Below, one piece after another: positions 26,436 through 37,300 of a stretch of 64,000 nucleotides of DNA. The notes beneath the pieces were generated by a model. It was not told the DNA's origin. It searched no databases and saw only the letters and a list, made by a program, of their open reading frames with translations. A program made the position numbers and the translations under genes. Numbering within the stretch: position 1 is the stretch's first letter; each line of letters begins with the position of its first letter. The DNA is from a virus (Duplodnaviria > Caudoviricetes), in IMG/VR virus record IMGVR_UViG_3300047508_000144, positions 1,751 to 65,750 of that record. One strand, given 5' to 3'.

Positions 26436-26873
26436 ATGGCGATTGCTGGCGCAACCGAGACCGCGATCCTTCAGCTGATCTACAACGCCATCGCATGGGC
26501 AAACTACGCAGATAATGCGGCGGCATCACCCCAGACCAACATCGCGATCGCGTTGCACACGGCTGACCCGGGCACGGGCGGTAATCAGGCGACCAGCGAG
26601 GTCGCCTATACAGGTTACTCGCGCGCGAGCGTGGCGCGCACGGTAGGCGGATGGACTGTGACGGGCGTTGGTCCCGCAAACTGTTCGCCTGTTTCCAACA
26701 TCACGTTCCCTGCTGGTTCGGGTGGCACGGGCGTTGTGACCAACTTTTCCACGGGTAAGACCGGCGGCGGAGCGGCCCCCATCCTTTGGTCGGGCACGGT
26801 TACACCGAACATCACCAGTGGGAGCGGAGTTACGCCGGTGTTGACCACGGCCACGACCATCACGTTGTCATGA
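26436..26873 (+). CDS. Fibre-associated structural protein (ALHTADP type)
   Basis: ALHTADPG..EVAYTGYSR..ITFP motifs; paralog of 40966..41400. Confidence 0.75.
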   Translation: MAIAGATETAILQLIYNAIAWANYADNAAASPQTNIAIALHTADPGTGGNQATSEVAYTGYSRASVARTVGGWTVTGVGPANCSPVSNITFPAGSGGTGVVTNFSTGKTGGGAAPILWSGTVTPNITSGSGVTPVLTTATTITLS

Positions 26874-26882
26874 ACCATTGTC

Positions 26883-27323
26883 ATGAACCATGCGGACGCT
26901 TTTCGTCGATGCCTAATTGATCTCGACGTTATCGGGATTTGCGATCTGTGGTTCCACGTTTGTCCGCATCTGCCTCAGCCGAAGAACAATGACGAAGCGC
27001 TAGCGACGATCCACTATGCGCGCACGCAGGCTGGGTCGATCCCCTTGAAGCTGCGTTGTTATTCGCATGCTTGGCTATGTGAGCGTGGGTTGCCGTCAGG
27101 TTTACCTGATCACTGGAAACCACGGGCAAGTCGTCTCTACCCGCATAAGGTCAAAGCTGTAGGCGTCTCCGTGATGGCGATGTCGGAGGCGAGCAAGCCA
27201 CGCGCACGTGCGATCGAGAAGGCGATGTCGAACGCAGTGCTTGAGTGCTACGCAGATGGCGTCACCGATGTCGATCGCATTCGGGATCGCATGAACGAGG
27301 CGCGACGTGACATTGAGCGATGA
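26883..27323 (+). CDS. Hypothetical protein
   Basis: Coupled ORF in the structural operon. Confidence 0.65.
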   Translation: MNHADAFRRCLIDLDVIGICDLWFHVCPHLPQPKNNDEALATIHYARTQAGSIPLKLRCYSHAWLCERGLPSGLPDHWKPRASRLYPHKVKAVGVSVMAMSEASKPRARAIEKAMSNAVLECYADGVTDVDRIRDRMNEARRDIER

Positions 27324-28927
27324 CCGATGTACGCGCCACGCAGGTCGGGGTTGAAGAGTGGGCGTCAGTAGTCCCACCACAGCTTCGAGCCACTCAGGTC
27401 AGCGTCGAAGAGTGGACTAGCGTCCAACCGGGCTGGCCCGGTGCAGCGGCTGGCGTCGGTACTGCTGCGGCGACTGGGACTGGGCTGCTACTACGCCAGG
27501 GTCAAGCAAATGGCGTCGGTGGTGCTGCGGCGACTGGAGCTGCGCTGCTAACAAGCCAGGGCCAGGCGGCCGGCGTCGGCGCTGCTTCTGCTGTAGGTCA
27601 GGCGCAAGGGGCGCCCCTGACACTAGCCACTGGCCGTGCTTCTGGTACAGGCGTCGCCTACGGTTCCAGCACCATCCTTGGCGGTAAGCCGAGGAAGATG
27701 AAGGGCCAGGCGAATGGCGTTGGTTCAGCACGAGCTTCATCTATCCGCGGGTCTGCGGGATTTGCCGCGGCGAGCGGAGATGGAAATGCTGAGGGTTCCG
27801 TCGCAGCCCCTACGGAGGCTGCTGGTGTGGCCTTCGGTACTGGTGAGGGCCACGCATCCGCGCCATCCATGTCCGGCGTGGGGGCATCCGCGATCGGCTT
27901 TGGCGACGCTATTGGCGTGTCCGCGTCCGGCGTGGCGGCGTCTGCGGCGGGGTTCGGCAGTGCGATTGCAGTGTCCGCGTCCGGCGTGGCGGCGTCCGCG
28001 GCGGGGTTCGGCAGCGCAGTTGCAGTGTCTGCGTCCGGCGTGGCTGGCGTTGCTGCCGGGTTCGGCAGTGCGGCTAGCGTATCTGCGGCTGGCGTGGCGG
28101 GCGTTGCTGCTGGATTTGGCAGCGCGGCTGGTGTGTCTGCGTCCAGCGTGGCGGGCGTCGCTGCTGGCTTCGGTAGTGCAGCTGGCGTGTCCGCGTCTGG
28201 CGTGGTGGCTATCTCTGCTGGCTTCGGTAGCGCCGCCGGGGTGTCCGCGTCTGGCGCGTCGGCCTTCGCTGCCGGGTCCGGCGGCGCGCATGGTGTCTCG
28301 GGCAACGCCACTGTTGCGATCGCCAGCGGCTACGGGAATGCATTTGCGGAGTATGCCTTCGAGGCAGAATCGACTGGCCGGGCAATCGGTTCTGGTGACG
28401 GCGTTGCGGCGATGCCCCAGGTCGGCGCGGGAGCGGCAGGCGGCGTCGGTAGCGCCCTTGGCAGCAGCTCGCCGATGTTTGCGGCGGTTGGGGCGGCCCA
28501 GGCAAGTGGTACTGCTGTCGGTGCAGCTTTTGGGGCGGTCACTGCCCGGGCGGGCGGGGATGGCGCGGCGGCAGCAGTCGGCGGGACGATTGTCCAGGCT
28601 GCAGGTCAGGCTGCGGGTGTTGGCGATTTGGTGGCCGGCGCTGGTTTTATCGGTCAGGCTTCCGCGACTTCTGATGCGGCTGCGATCAGCTCGACCATCG
28701 GGGTGCGGTTCTCGTTCGGGCAGGCTAACGGTACCGGGCTCGCATTCGGACATACAGAGCATAGCGAATTTGCGTACGGGTCAGCGGCCGGTGTCGGTGA
28801 TGCGTACGGCAGCTCTCCATACCCCAAGCAAATCCTGTCGTTGTACGGGCGCCGGAGCGGTATGGTGCTTCAGGGGAGTGGTTCATCGTCTGGTGGGGAT
28901 ACCAGGCGCCTGGTAAGGTCGGGGTGA
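27320..28927 (+). CDS. Gly/Ala/Ser-rich repeat fibre-like protein
   Basis: N-terminal TQVSVEE repeats; about eight 18-aa tandem repeats of SASGVAxxAAGFGSAxxV. Confidence 0.75.
   Translation: MTDVRATQVGVEEWASVVPPQLRATQVSVEEWTSVQPGWPGAAAGVGTAAATGTGLLLRQGQANGVGGAAATGAALLTSQGQAAGVGAASAVGQAQGAPLTLATGRASGTGVAYGSSTILGGKPRKMKGQANGVGSARASSIRGSAGFAAASGDGNAEGSVAAPTEAAGVAFGTGEGHASAPSMSGVGASAIGFGDAIGVSASGVAASAAGFGSAIAVSASGVAASAAGFGSAVAVSASGVAGVAAGFGSAASVSAAGVAGVAAGFGSAAGVSASSVAGVAAGFGSAAGVSASGVVAISAGFGSAAGVSASGASAFAAGSGGAHGVSGNATVAIASGYGNAFAEYAFEAESTGRAIGSGDGVAAMPQVGAGAAGGVGSALGSSSPMFAAVGAAQASGTAVGAAFGAVTARAGGDGAAAAVGGTIVQAAGQAAGVGDLVAGAGFIGQASATSDAAAISSTIGVRFSFGQANGTGLAFGHTEHSEFAYGSAAGVGDAYGSSPYPKQILSLYGRRSGMVLQGSGSSSGGDTRRLVRSG
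27870..28300 (+). repeat. 54-bp coding tandem repeat (about 8 units)
   Basis: Recurrent GTGTCCGCGTCCGGCGTGGC...GGGTTCGGCAG units. Confidence 0.8.
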
Positions 28928-28942
28928 ACAAGGATTAGACCG

Positions 28943-29212
28943 ATGAACAGCATACGCATCGAGCGGGCGCAGAACGGCTTCCTTGTCTGCATGGACGACC
29001 CGGCGATCGTCGCCAAGAACCAGAAATCCGATGGCCCGTATGTAGACCCGGAGCGGCAATTTGTTTTTGACGATGAGGCTGAGGTCATCGCGTTCATCAC
29101 TAAGAACCTCGACAAGATCATACCGGCCAAGAAGGACGATTTTGCCTCTAGTTTCGATGCGGCAGTCGAAGAGAGTGACGAAGAGGAAAAGGCAGAGGAG
29201 AGTAGGAAATGA
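28943..29212 (+). CDS. Hypothetical protein
   Basis: AAGGA RBS; IRIERAQNGF start. Confidence 0.7.
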   Translation: MNSIRIERAQNGFLVCMDDPAIVAKNQKSDGPYVDPERQFVFDDEAEVIAFITKNLDKIIPAKKDDFASSFDAAVEESDEEEKAEESRK

Positions 29213-29547
29213 GCACGGTGCTCCCTGAAGACGACGAGCCGATGCCGCGTAATGCGAGGTCTAAACTATCAGATGTGAGAACCGACGCGCCACCTCCGGT
29301 GAAGACTGCCGCACGAATCAAGATCGTTCTCGAAGAAGACAGTGCGATCCCGCCGACCGGGTTGTACATTTCGGCGAACGGTAAGCCGTACTTGCTGATG
29401 GCTGGTGTTGAGGCGGAGGTGCCGCCGGAGGTGATAAGCGTCTTGAACGACGCAGTGACCTCGGTGCCGGTCATTGATCCACAAACTCAGCGTGTGACGG
29501 GTTATCGTTCGCGGTTGAGGTTTGCCTACAGGCGTATTGATGGGTGA
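29209..29547 (+). CDS. Hypothetical virion-module protein
   Basis: ISANGKPYLL..GVEAEVPPEV..VL.DAV motif. Confidence 0.7.
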   Translation: MSTVLPEDDEPMPRNARSKLSDVRTDAPPPVKTAARIKIVLEEDSAIPPTGLYISANGKPYLLMAGVEAEVPPEVISVLNDAVTSVPVIDPQTQRVTGYRSRLRFAYRRIDG

Positions 29548-29550
29548 CCC

Positions 29551-30330
29551 ATGCGCACCGATGAGCTGTTGTCTGAACTGCGGCATCACATACTGAGAGA
29601 TGTATCGGACCAGGTTGCCGGTGCGAGTGACTATCTATGGTCTGACAATGGGCTGATCAGGTACATCAACGAAGGGCAGACCAGGTTTGCCCGGCAAACC
29701 AAGTGCCTACGTGATTCAGTGACGCCATCAATCTGTCGGTTCACGACAGTGGCTGATCAGGAATTCTATTCGCTCGATCCTCATATTGTCAGCGTAATAT
29801 CGGTGCGGATGACCGGCGATAAGGCCGACCTGGCTCGTGCCGGGCATGCCGATCTCGATACCTACCATCAGCCGAACACCTACTTTTTCGATCCAGGTCA
29901 GCTTTCAAGCATGTCGCCGGGCAAGCCAGTGGCGTGGACGACGGATGAAAGTGTGGTCCAGGAGACAGGTGGTTCTTATAGAGCGATCCAGCTGCGGCTT
30001 TACCCGATACCAACAGCGCCGTACTCGGGCATCATCGGCAACATGCGCGTTGCGCGCCTGCCACTTACTGAGTTGAGCATTAGTAAGCCAGATGGTGTTC
30101 CTGAAGTCCCGACAGAACATCACATGGATATCTTAAACTGGGCGGCGTATCTGGCGCTGCGCGGGGTCGACCTCGACGTTGCTGGTGGTGGTGCGTGGGA
30201 TCGCGCCAAGGAGTTTCGGGCTGCGTTCGATGACGCAGTCAAGGACATGCAGAGGGACGCACAGTCCAAGATGTTCCGCCCGTTGCAATGGGCTTTCGGC
30301 CGCAATGGGTTTAGCTACGAGAGGTACTGA
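29551..30330 (+). CDS. Putative head-tail adaptor protein
   Basis: LWSDNGLIRYINEG N-terminus; LRLYPIP; PEVP..HH..ILNWAAYLA. Confidence 0.75.
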   Translation: MRTDELLSELRHHILRDVSDQVAGASDYLWSDNGLIRYINEGQTRFARQTKCLRDSVTPSICRFTTVADQEFYSLDPHIVSVISVRMTGDKADLARAGHADLDTYHQPNTYFFDPGQLSSMSPGKPVAWTTDESVVQETGGSYRAIQLRLYPIPTAPYSGIIGNMRVARLPLTELSISKPDGVPEVPTEHHMDILNWAAYLALRGVDLDVAGGGAWDRAKEFRAAFDDAVKDMQRDAQSKMFRPLQWAFGRNGFSYERY

Positions 30331-30332
30331 TC

Positions 30333-31334
30333 ATGGCAGCGCTTCGACGCGGTATAGCGCATTACCAAGGTGGTACGGAGAATGCGACGACTTCAGATGC
30401 GACGGCAGCTCCACCTGCAACTACATCGCTACCGGTGACTTTTTCAACAGCGCCACCACCTGCACCAGCGCAAGGCACGCTTAGTAGGATCGGGAGCCTG
30501 TTCACCGGTAATTTTGGAGGGGTCGCGGCAGACCCGAACGCATCGCCGTTCATGTCGTGGCTTGCTGGAATAAACCAGACTGCGCAAACCGACACACGAG
30601 CACGAAATCTTGCTAGTGGGCCGTCTCTTGCTGAGAAAGCGTATACCGGTCTTTTTGGCAATCAAGCTACTGACTGGCCTGCGCTTCAGCAACGTGATGC
30701 TACGGCTAAAGTGCTAGGTGATCCGGTGGTGCAGCACACTCTTCGGACCAATCCTAGTATGTTGGCAAGAGCTGAACAGGACCCAGCTAAATTTGCGACA
30801 GTTGCTCAGCATCCAGATTTTCGTGCAGACATGGAGAAGGCGTTAGGAATTTCTAAGGCGGCAGCAGCAAATCCAAAGGCAACTCCGGACGAGATTAAGC
30901 CGACTGTAGATAAAGCGACTAACGCCAATGTTCACCCGGACGTAGCACATCAGGCTGTCGCGCCTCATAAATATACGAGAGAGGAGTTCATCAACACCTT
31001 CAGCAAGGTCCCGACAGAAACCTTCATGCAGTTATTTGGAAATCAACTTGCGCATGTTCGGACCCCGGAAGAGAAGGCAACGTCAATATTTTTTGACAAA
31101 ATGCATGAGACGTACGCTGAGGCTAACCAGAAGGTTAAGGATATGGCGGCGGCAGACGCAGCAGCAAAGGAAAAAGGCCAACCTGCGATACACGATAGGT
31201 ATGTGTTGTGGGGGAAGAATGCTTTCGATCAAGCAAAAGAAGAACGGGACAAAGCAATGAATGCCATTACGGAGGCGTTGAAGGCGAAAGCCGGAATATC
31301 CCAGAAAGGGTACTACATTCCAGGCCAACCATAG
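30333..31334 (+). CDS. Putative internal virion/ejection protein
   Basis: Ala-rich helical; immediately before the giant protein. Confidence 0.6.
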   Translation: MAALRRGIAHYQGGTENATTSDATAAPPATTSLPVTFSTAPPPAPAQGTLSRIGSLFTGNFGGVAADPNASPFMSWLAGINQTAQTDTRARNLASGPSLAEKAYTGLFGNQATDWPALQQRDATAKVLGDPVVQHTLRTNPSMLARAEQDPAKFATVAQHPDFRADMEKALGISKAAAANPKATPDEIKPTVDKATNANVHPDVAHQAVAPHKYTREEFINTFSKVPTETFMQLFGNQLAHVRTPEEKATSIFFDKMHETYAEANQKVKDMAAADAAAKEKGQPAIHDRYVLWGKNAFDQAKEERDKAMNAITEALKAKAGISQKGYYIPGQP

Positions 31335-31343
31335 GTAAGAACG

Positions 31344-34300
31344 ATGGCTGGGTGGTTTGACACTTATACTCCGCGGTTTGACAGTTACCTGCCGCCGTCT
31401 GAGCCAGGTACGTCGGTGTTGCCGACGCGAACGCTGCCGGCCGAGGTTCCTGCGACTGGCACCGGTGACTGGTTCACCTCCGGTATCATGTCTGGCTTTC
31501 ATGGAGCGCTCAAGGAAGGAGCACGCGCACTTCAAGCTGGGGCCCAGATGACGGGTGCGTCTGATGTGGCCAAATCTCTTGCTGAATTTGCTGAAGCGCG
31601 CCACCGTGATGAGCAGTCGTATGCGCGCCCGGATTTGGAAGCTAGTCCTTGGTCGCCCACCGGGATCGCCTACAACATTGCGCGCATGGTGCCGATGGGG
31701 GTCACGGCGCTTGGTGGAAGCGCGATTGGAGCAGCATTGGCTCCAGAGGCTGCAGTGGGGGCAGCTGGAGCAGGGGCCGCAGCTTTAGCTGCCAGAGCAG
31801 CACCTGCGGTGTTGCCTCGTCTGTTGGGCGCTTCAGCAGCGACATATCCGTTTGTGACTGGTGCAAACGTCGAGCGGGAGATCAGTGAAACTGGCGAGCT
31901 TAAGCATCCAGGTAGGGCTGCGTTGCTTGGAATACCGGAAGCAGCTTTGCAAGGAGTGTTGCCTGGGAAGTTGCCATCGTTCTTTAAGGAAGGGATTTTA
32001 TCAGGAGTTACGCATTCTGCAGCAGTGCAAGGCATTGCCGGTGGTGGAACTGAAGCACTGACCCAATTCATGGGTGATCCGAATCGTGGATTTGCGGATC
32101 GGGCAGGTGCTGTTGTGCACTCGGCTTTGAGCGGTGCGGCGCTTGGTGGAATCATTGGCGGTGCGTTTGGTGGTATGCGCGCGCTTACTGGAAAGCCAGC
32201 GGCACACGTAACTGATGAGGACCTAACTAAGAGTACTGATCAGGCGCTCATTCCTGAGGAGCGACGATTACCGGCACCGCGCACAGTGTCGACGCCATTG
32301 TCAGAGCGACCGGTACCAGGAGAGCCGGTTGCTGCGGGTCCGCCGCTGCAGGAGCTATCGCCGACAGAGTTGTGGCAACGATTTAACAAGGTGCAAGAGT
32401 CTATAAAGATCAATCCGCAAGATGTTGATGCGTTGGATGCTTCCCGGCTATTGGGGCAGGAGTTCACGCGGCGATCGGCGGAGATGGAGCCGGCACCTGC
32501 GATACCTGAACCGCCTAGGCAGATAGAATATCAGCCCGGTGTTGTCCCGCTCGAAATGCGAGGGCCGGTAAATGAGATACCGGCTGGTGAGATAGCTGGA
32601 CGTATAGATGTCCTGAAGCCGCCGCGGACACAGGCAGAAGCCGAAGAACTTCGGCAGCTTGTGCAGGAGCAACAGCGACGTGCGGCTGAAGAAGCTGAAG
32701 CAGCTGCTGCGGCAACAGAGGCGTTGGGACAGCAACCAAAACAGCTACCTCCGCCTTCGCCTAAATCGGGGTCGCCGCCAGGGATTATTAAAGAAGGCGC
32801 GCCGCTGCATGAGATGGGCGCCACTGATCTAATGGGTCGGCTTCACTATGTGCAACAGTGGCTAGCTACTAATCCGGAAGACCCCAGAGCGTTACGAGCT
32901 AATGAGTTGTTGGGGCAGGAATTCTCGCGGCGAATGGAAGAGACGGCGAAGGCCGAACCTGCTGCGGCAGCTGCAGCTGAGCCTGCGGCAGCTGAGCCTG
33001 CAGCAGCTGAGCCTGCGGCAGCTGCAGCAGCTGCGGCAGTTGAACCTACAGTAGCTGAGCCTGCAGCTCCTGCGGCACCTCCTCCTGTATTGGATTTTAC
33101 CAAGGGTGCGATCAAAGCAGGTAAAACATTGTACGACGCAGCAACGCCTGAAGCTAAGGCGACGATGCGTCAGCCGTTGATCGACGAGATTGTTAGGCGG
33201 GCAGGAGAGGGTAAAGACCCGACAAAGCTGCAGGCGAAATGGGCTGACAAACTTGATATCTGGGATGAGGTAGAGAAGGCAGCTTTAGAGCGGCCACCTG
33301 AAACGCCGCCCGGTGTAGCGCCAGAGGCTCCGGCTACACCAGTGACTGAACCCTTGGTTCCTCCAACATGGGAAACACCGGAGCGGGCAGCTCAACGAGA
33401 GCAACAGTCTGCCAGGGCTACGGAGGCTTTAGACAATTTAAGACAGACGCTGGACGAGACCAGGATTAAACCTCCACCACCCCCAGCTACTGCTGCTCCG
33501 ATCAGGAGCGCAGAAGATCGTGCAACTGCGCTTAACGGAATTGCAGCGCATATTGATGCGCTTCCTGATTCAGAGATCAAGACCAAGTCTGCTGCCGAAG
33601 CAGAGACTGTGATGCAGATGTTACCGCGCGTTGAGGCAAATCCCGGTTTGGCTTTGTCGCTTAATGTCCGGTTGACGCGGCTGCGTAACCAGGTCGAGGC
33701 GGCTGCGCAACGGCCTGCTGAGGCCGCGGCATCTCCGGACCTGGCACCATCGCCGCTCGCCGAGGCGAAGCCTGCAGCGGTTGGCGATCTCGACGACCTA
33801 GCGACGAAGGCACAAGGTACGTTGTCTGGTTTGCGCAAGTTGTTAGGCCCCCGTGCAGCTGAGGCGATTGATCAGCACGAACAATGGTTAGCGTCTGCCA
33901 AGAAAGCGATAAGCCCGGAAGAGCAGGCTGAGGTTTTGAAGGCGGACCCAGAGAAGGATATCGACGCAGACAATCTTGGAGGTTTGACGCAACTTAGCCC
34001 GAAGATGCGGAAGCAAGTTGGTGACTATCTAGCGACACAGCATGAGGCAGTGCGCCAGGCGCTCCAGGCTGAATCTGGATCACGCGCGCGAGTGATCGCC
34101 TCACGTGATGGTCTGCCGGTGACACAGCTCGATGCCGATGTGGCGGACCTGCACCAGCGCGGTGTCCCGCTTACGGATGTCGCTGATCATATTATTGAGC
34201 ACACTGCCGATCCGGAGCAGGCAGCGATCGTAGCGAAGCTCAGAGACTTTTTGCCGAAGGATGCGAAGACCGTTTTCCGGGATGGTGTTACCGACAAAGA

Positions 34301-37300
34301 AGGCGAGTACTTCACCAAGCAGAAGACTTCGGCGCTCTACAATGCGGCGGATGCTGCAACGACCGCCGTCCATGAGATGGCGCACGCAGTAATGCACCGG
34401 GCCTTGGAGGGCGACAGTGCTGCGGCAAAAGCCATGCGAGGCATCTATGATCAGCTCAAGGACAAGGGAGATCACGCCGGCATAACCGATGCGCATGAAA
34501 TGGTGTCGGAGGCAATGGCCAATCCGACTTACCGTAGTTTCCTGAAGTCCCAGATGGTGAAGGGCACCAGTCTCTGGGATCGAATGATTGATACGGTGCG
34601 AGGTTTCATCGGCCTGGACCCTAGGCTGTACAATGCTTTCGATCGCATCATGTCGCATGGCGACGACTTGATGAAGGAACAGAGGGCGTATCCGAATGAG
34701 TGGTTGGGACCTGACAGCTACGCCAGAGTGACGAATAATGCGAGCGGTACTGCGGCAGCTGCTGCTGATGCGGGTGATAGGTCGTTAAGCGAAAAGCTTT
34801 TCAACGGCTCACTCAATGTCAAGGAGTTCTTGCGTGACATTGCACTTGGTTGGAATCCTGGTCAGTGGCTCGCTAGAAACCCGGAGTACAATAAACTCTC
34901 GCCTAATATACAGGCGCATGTTGATACGCTGTCGATGGAGGACCCTCGAAAAAAGCAGATAGGACGAGCGGCCATAGTTGCCGATCGACAATCGAGGGCG
35001 CTTCCTGCGGAAGGGCAGGAAGCTTTGAAGCAGCTCATGGCGGCGTCGACCTCCTATGGGTTCCATCCAGATCAAGGGATTGCTCAGTACATCGACGACA
35101 TCAAAGACAACCCGACACGGGTGCGACAATTCCAGGCCGTCAAGGATTTGTGGAATGCGGCTGGTAACATCCCAGGTGTTCGAGAAGCGTACAACACGTG
35201 GCGCTCGACCATGTCGATGCTGGGACAGATGACCGCCGTGCATAATCTACAGGCATCAGAGCGCGCTGTTGGGTTGGCGACGGATGATGCGTTCAGGAAG
35301 TTCGACGGTCGTAGTGATCTGACCAACCAACCGAAAGAGGGCGAAAAATTCTGGCAGAAGGAATTGAACGACAGGATCGCAGCCAACAAGGAATTCAACA
35401 AACAACTGACTACTCAGAAGGCTGCGATAGATACACAGCTTTCTGAGATAGAGTTCAAAAAAGATTATCCGAAGGAGCTTGTACAGCAGCAAGCCAAGCT
35501 GGGGTCTCAGATCGAGACGCTTACTGAGGCGATTAAATTGGCGGAAGGCGAACAGAAGCGGATGCTCAAGGAGCCGTACTTCCACCTTGGGCGCAAGGGA
35601 GATTATTTTGCCACGGGCAAGCTGATTACGACGCCGGGCGTGGTTGACCCGGAAACCGGGAAGAGTAAGCCGGTAGTCGATCAAGCTGTGCTCGAAAAGT
35701 TCGCCGATCATTTGCAGAAGAACGGCATCAACGATGTGGCGATCATGCAGGGCAACCAGCATGGTACGTTCTACACGCGCGTGGAAACTCCTGCCCAGTT
35801 GGGTGCGCTACAAAAAGTGCTGGAGGCTGCACAGAGCGAAGGGTTGCTGTCAAAGACAGACCCGTTAAAAACCGGCAAGATATTCGACCCGCATGTTTTC
35901 AACAGAGTTGCCACACAAGCGACGCAAGATGTCATCGAGCGGCTGCGAGCAAACCGCCCGGTAGCTCCTGAGGGAACAGACCAGGCTGCATTGGATAAGG
36001 CACATTATGAGTCGATACAAGATTTGCAGCGTACGCTTTTGAGCATGACGCCCGAGACATCAATGAATCGGTTGATGGCGCATCGGCAGAATGTACAAGG
36101 CTTCAGCAAGGACATGCTGAAAAGTCAGGGATACGCGGCAGACGTTTCGGCGTTCAGTCTTGCTCGTCGGTCACTGTCGCATGAGGTCAGCGCAGCAGAA
36201 GCTGGCATGCTGAAAGATGTCGAGAAAGCCAACAGTACTGATGGTGTTCCTCTGAACACAAGGTTGGGTCTCGCGGATACGGTAGAGGAGTTGATGCGTG
36301 GGCAGCGGCTCAGGCAAACTTACGTACCCCCAGATTGGAAAAGTGGACTTCGTCAATTTACCAACTTCCTGCATATCGGGATGAGCCCGGCGTATGTTCC
36401 GATGCAGTTGAGCCAGCTGGCGATGACTGGCGCTCCGGAGCTTGCCAAGCTGCAGGGCTCCGGTCTTGCTGGTTACGGTCCAGCGTTTGCGGCAATGACG
36501 CGGGCAGTGGCGCCGACTATGAAGGCTCTTGCTGCAACAGTTCGAAGTCCGGATGGGCTGACGGCTGGGATCACACGCGAGGGTCTAGAAAAAAGTACGC
36601 TCACACCAGCGCAGATCGATACGATCATGGGGATGGAGCTGCGGGGGTCGTTGGGATCGTACACTGCGTCAGTAAGCGAGCATCCAGCATTGACCGGTAC
36701 GATGCTGAAAGCGGCAAACACGCTGGGCACGTATGCCGATCTTGCTCCTAGAGTGATCATGGGCCTTGCTGCCGATGAGCTTTACACGGCGAAAGGTCAC
36801 CCCACACTGTCGCGAGAACAATTCATCGACCGCGCGATTGGTGACAGCCAGGGTTATTACAGTGCGGCTCTTGGCGCACGGCAGATGGGTAGAGCCGGTT
36901 TCCTTGGTTCTTACACGCCGATGACCATGCAATTCCAGACGTGGAATATCAATCTGGCCAACAAGCTTTACCATGAGGTGTACGACGCATTCAAAGGCGA
37001 TCCGCAGACGCGGAAAGATGCTCTTACGTGGCTGGGTGGTCATGCGGCAGCAACGACAATGTTGGCTGGTACGTTGGGGCTGCCGGCAGTGTCGGTAATG
37101 GCTTCAGTCTACGACAAGTTCATGAACTCGGTTACGGGCCGCGATGATCACGACATAACGGCATCGTATCGTGGTTTCCTCGCAAACCTGTTCGGCAAGG
37201 ACATGGGTGAGATCATCGCTCGTGGGTTGCCGCGTGCAGCAGGGATGGACTTTGCGAACTGGGGTGAAGGAGAAATCATACCCGGTACGGCAAGTCTGAA

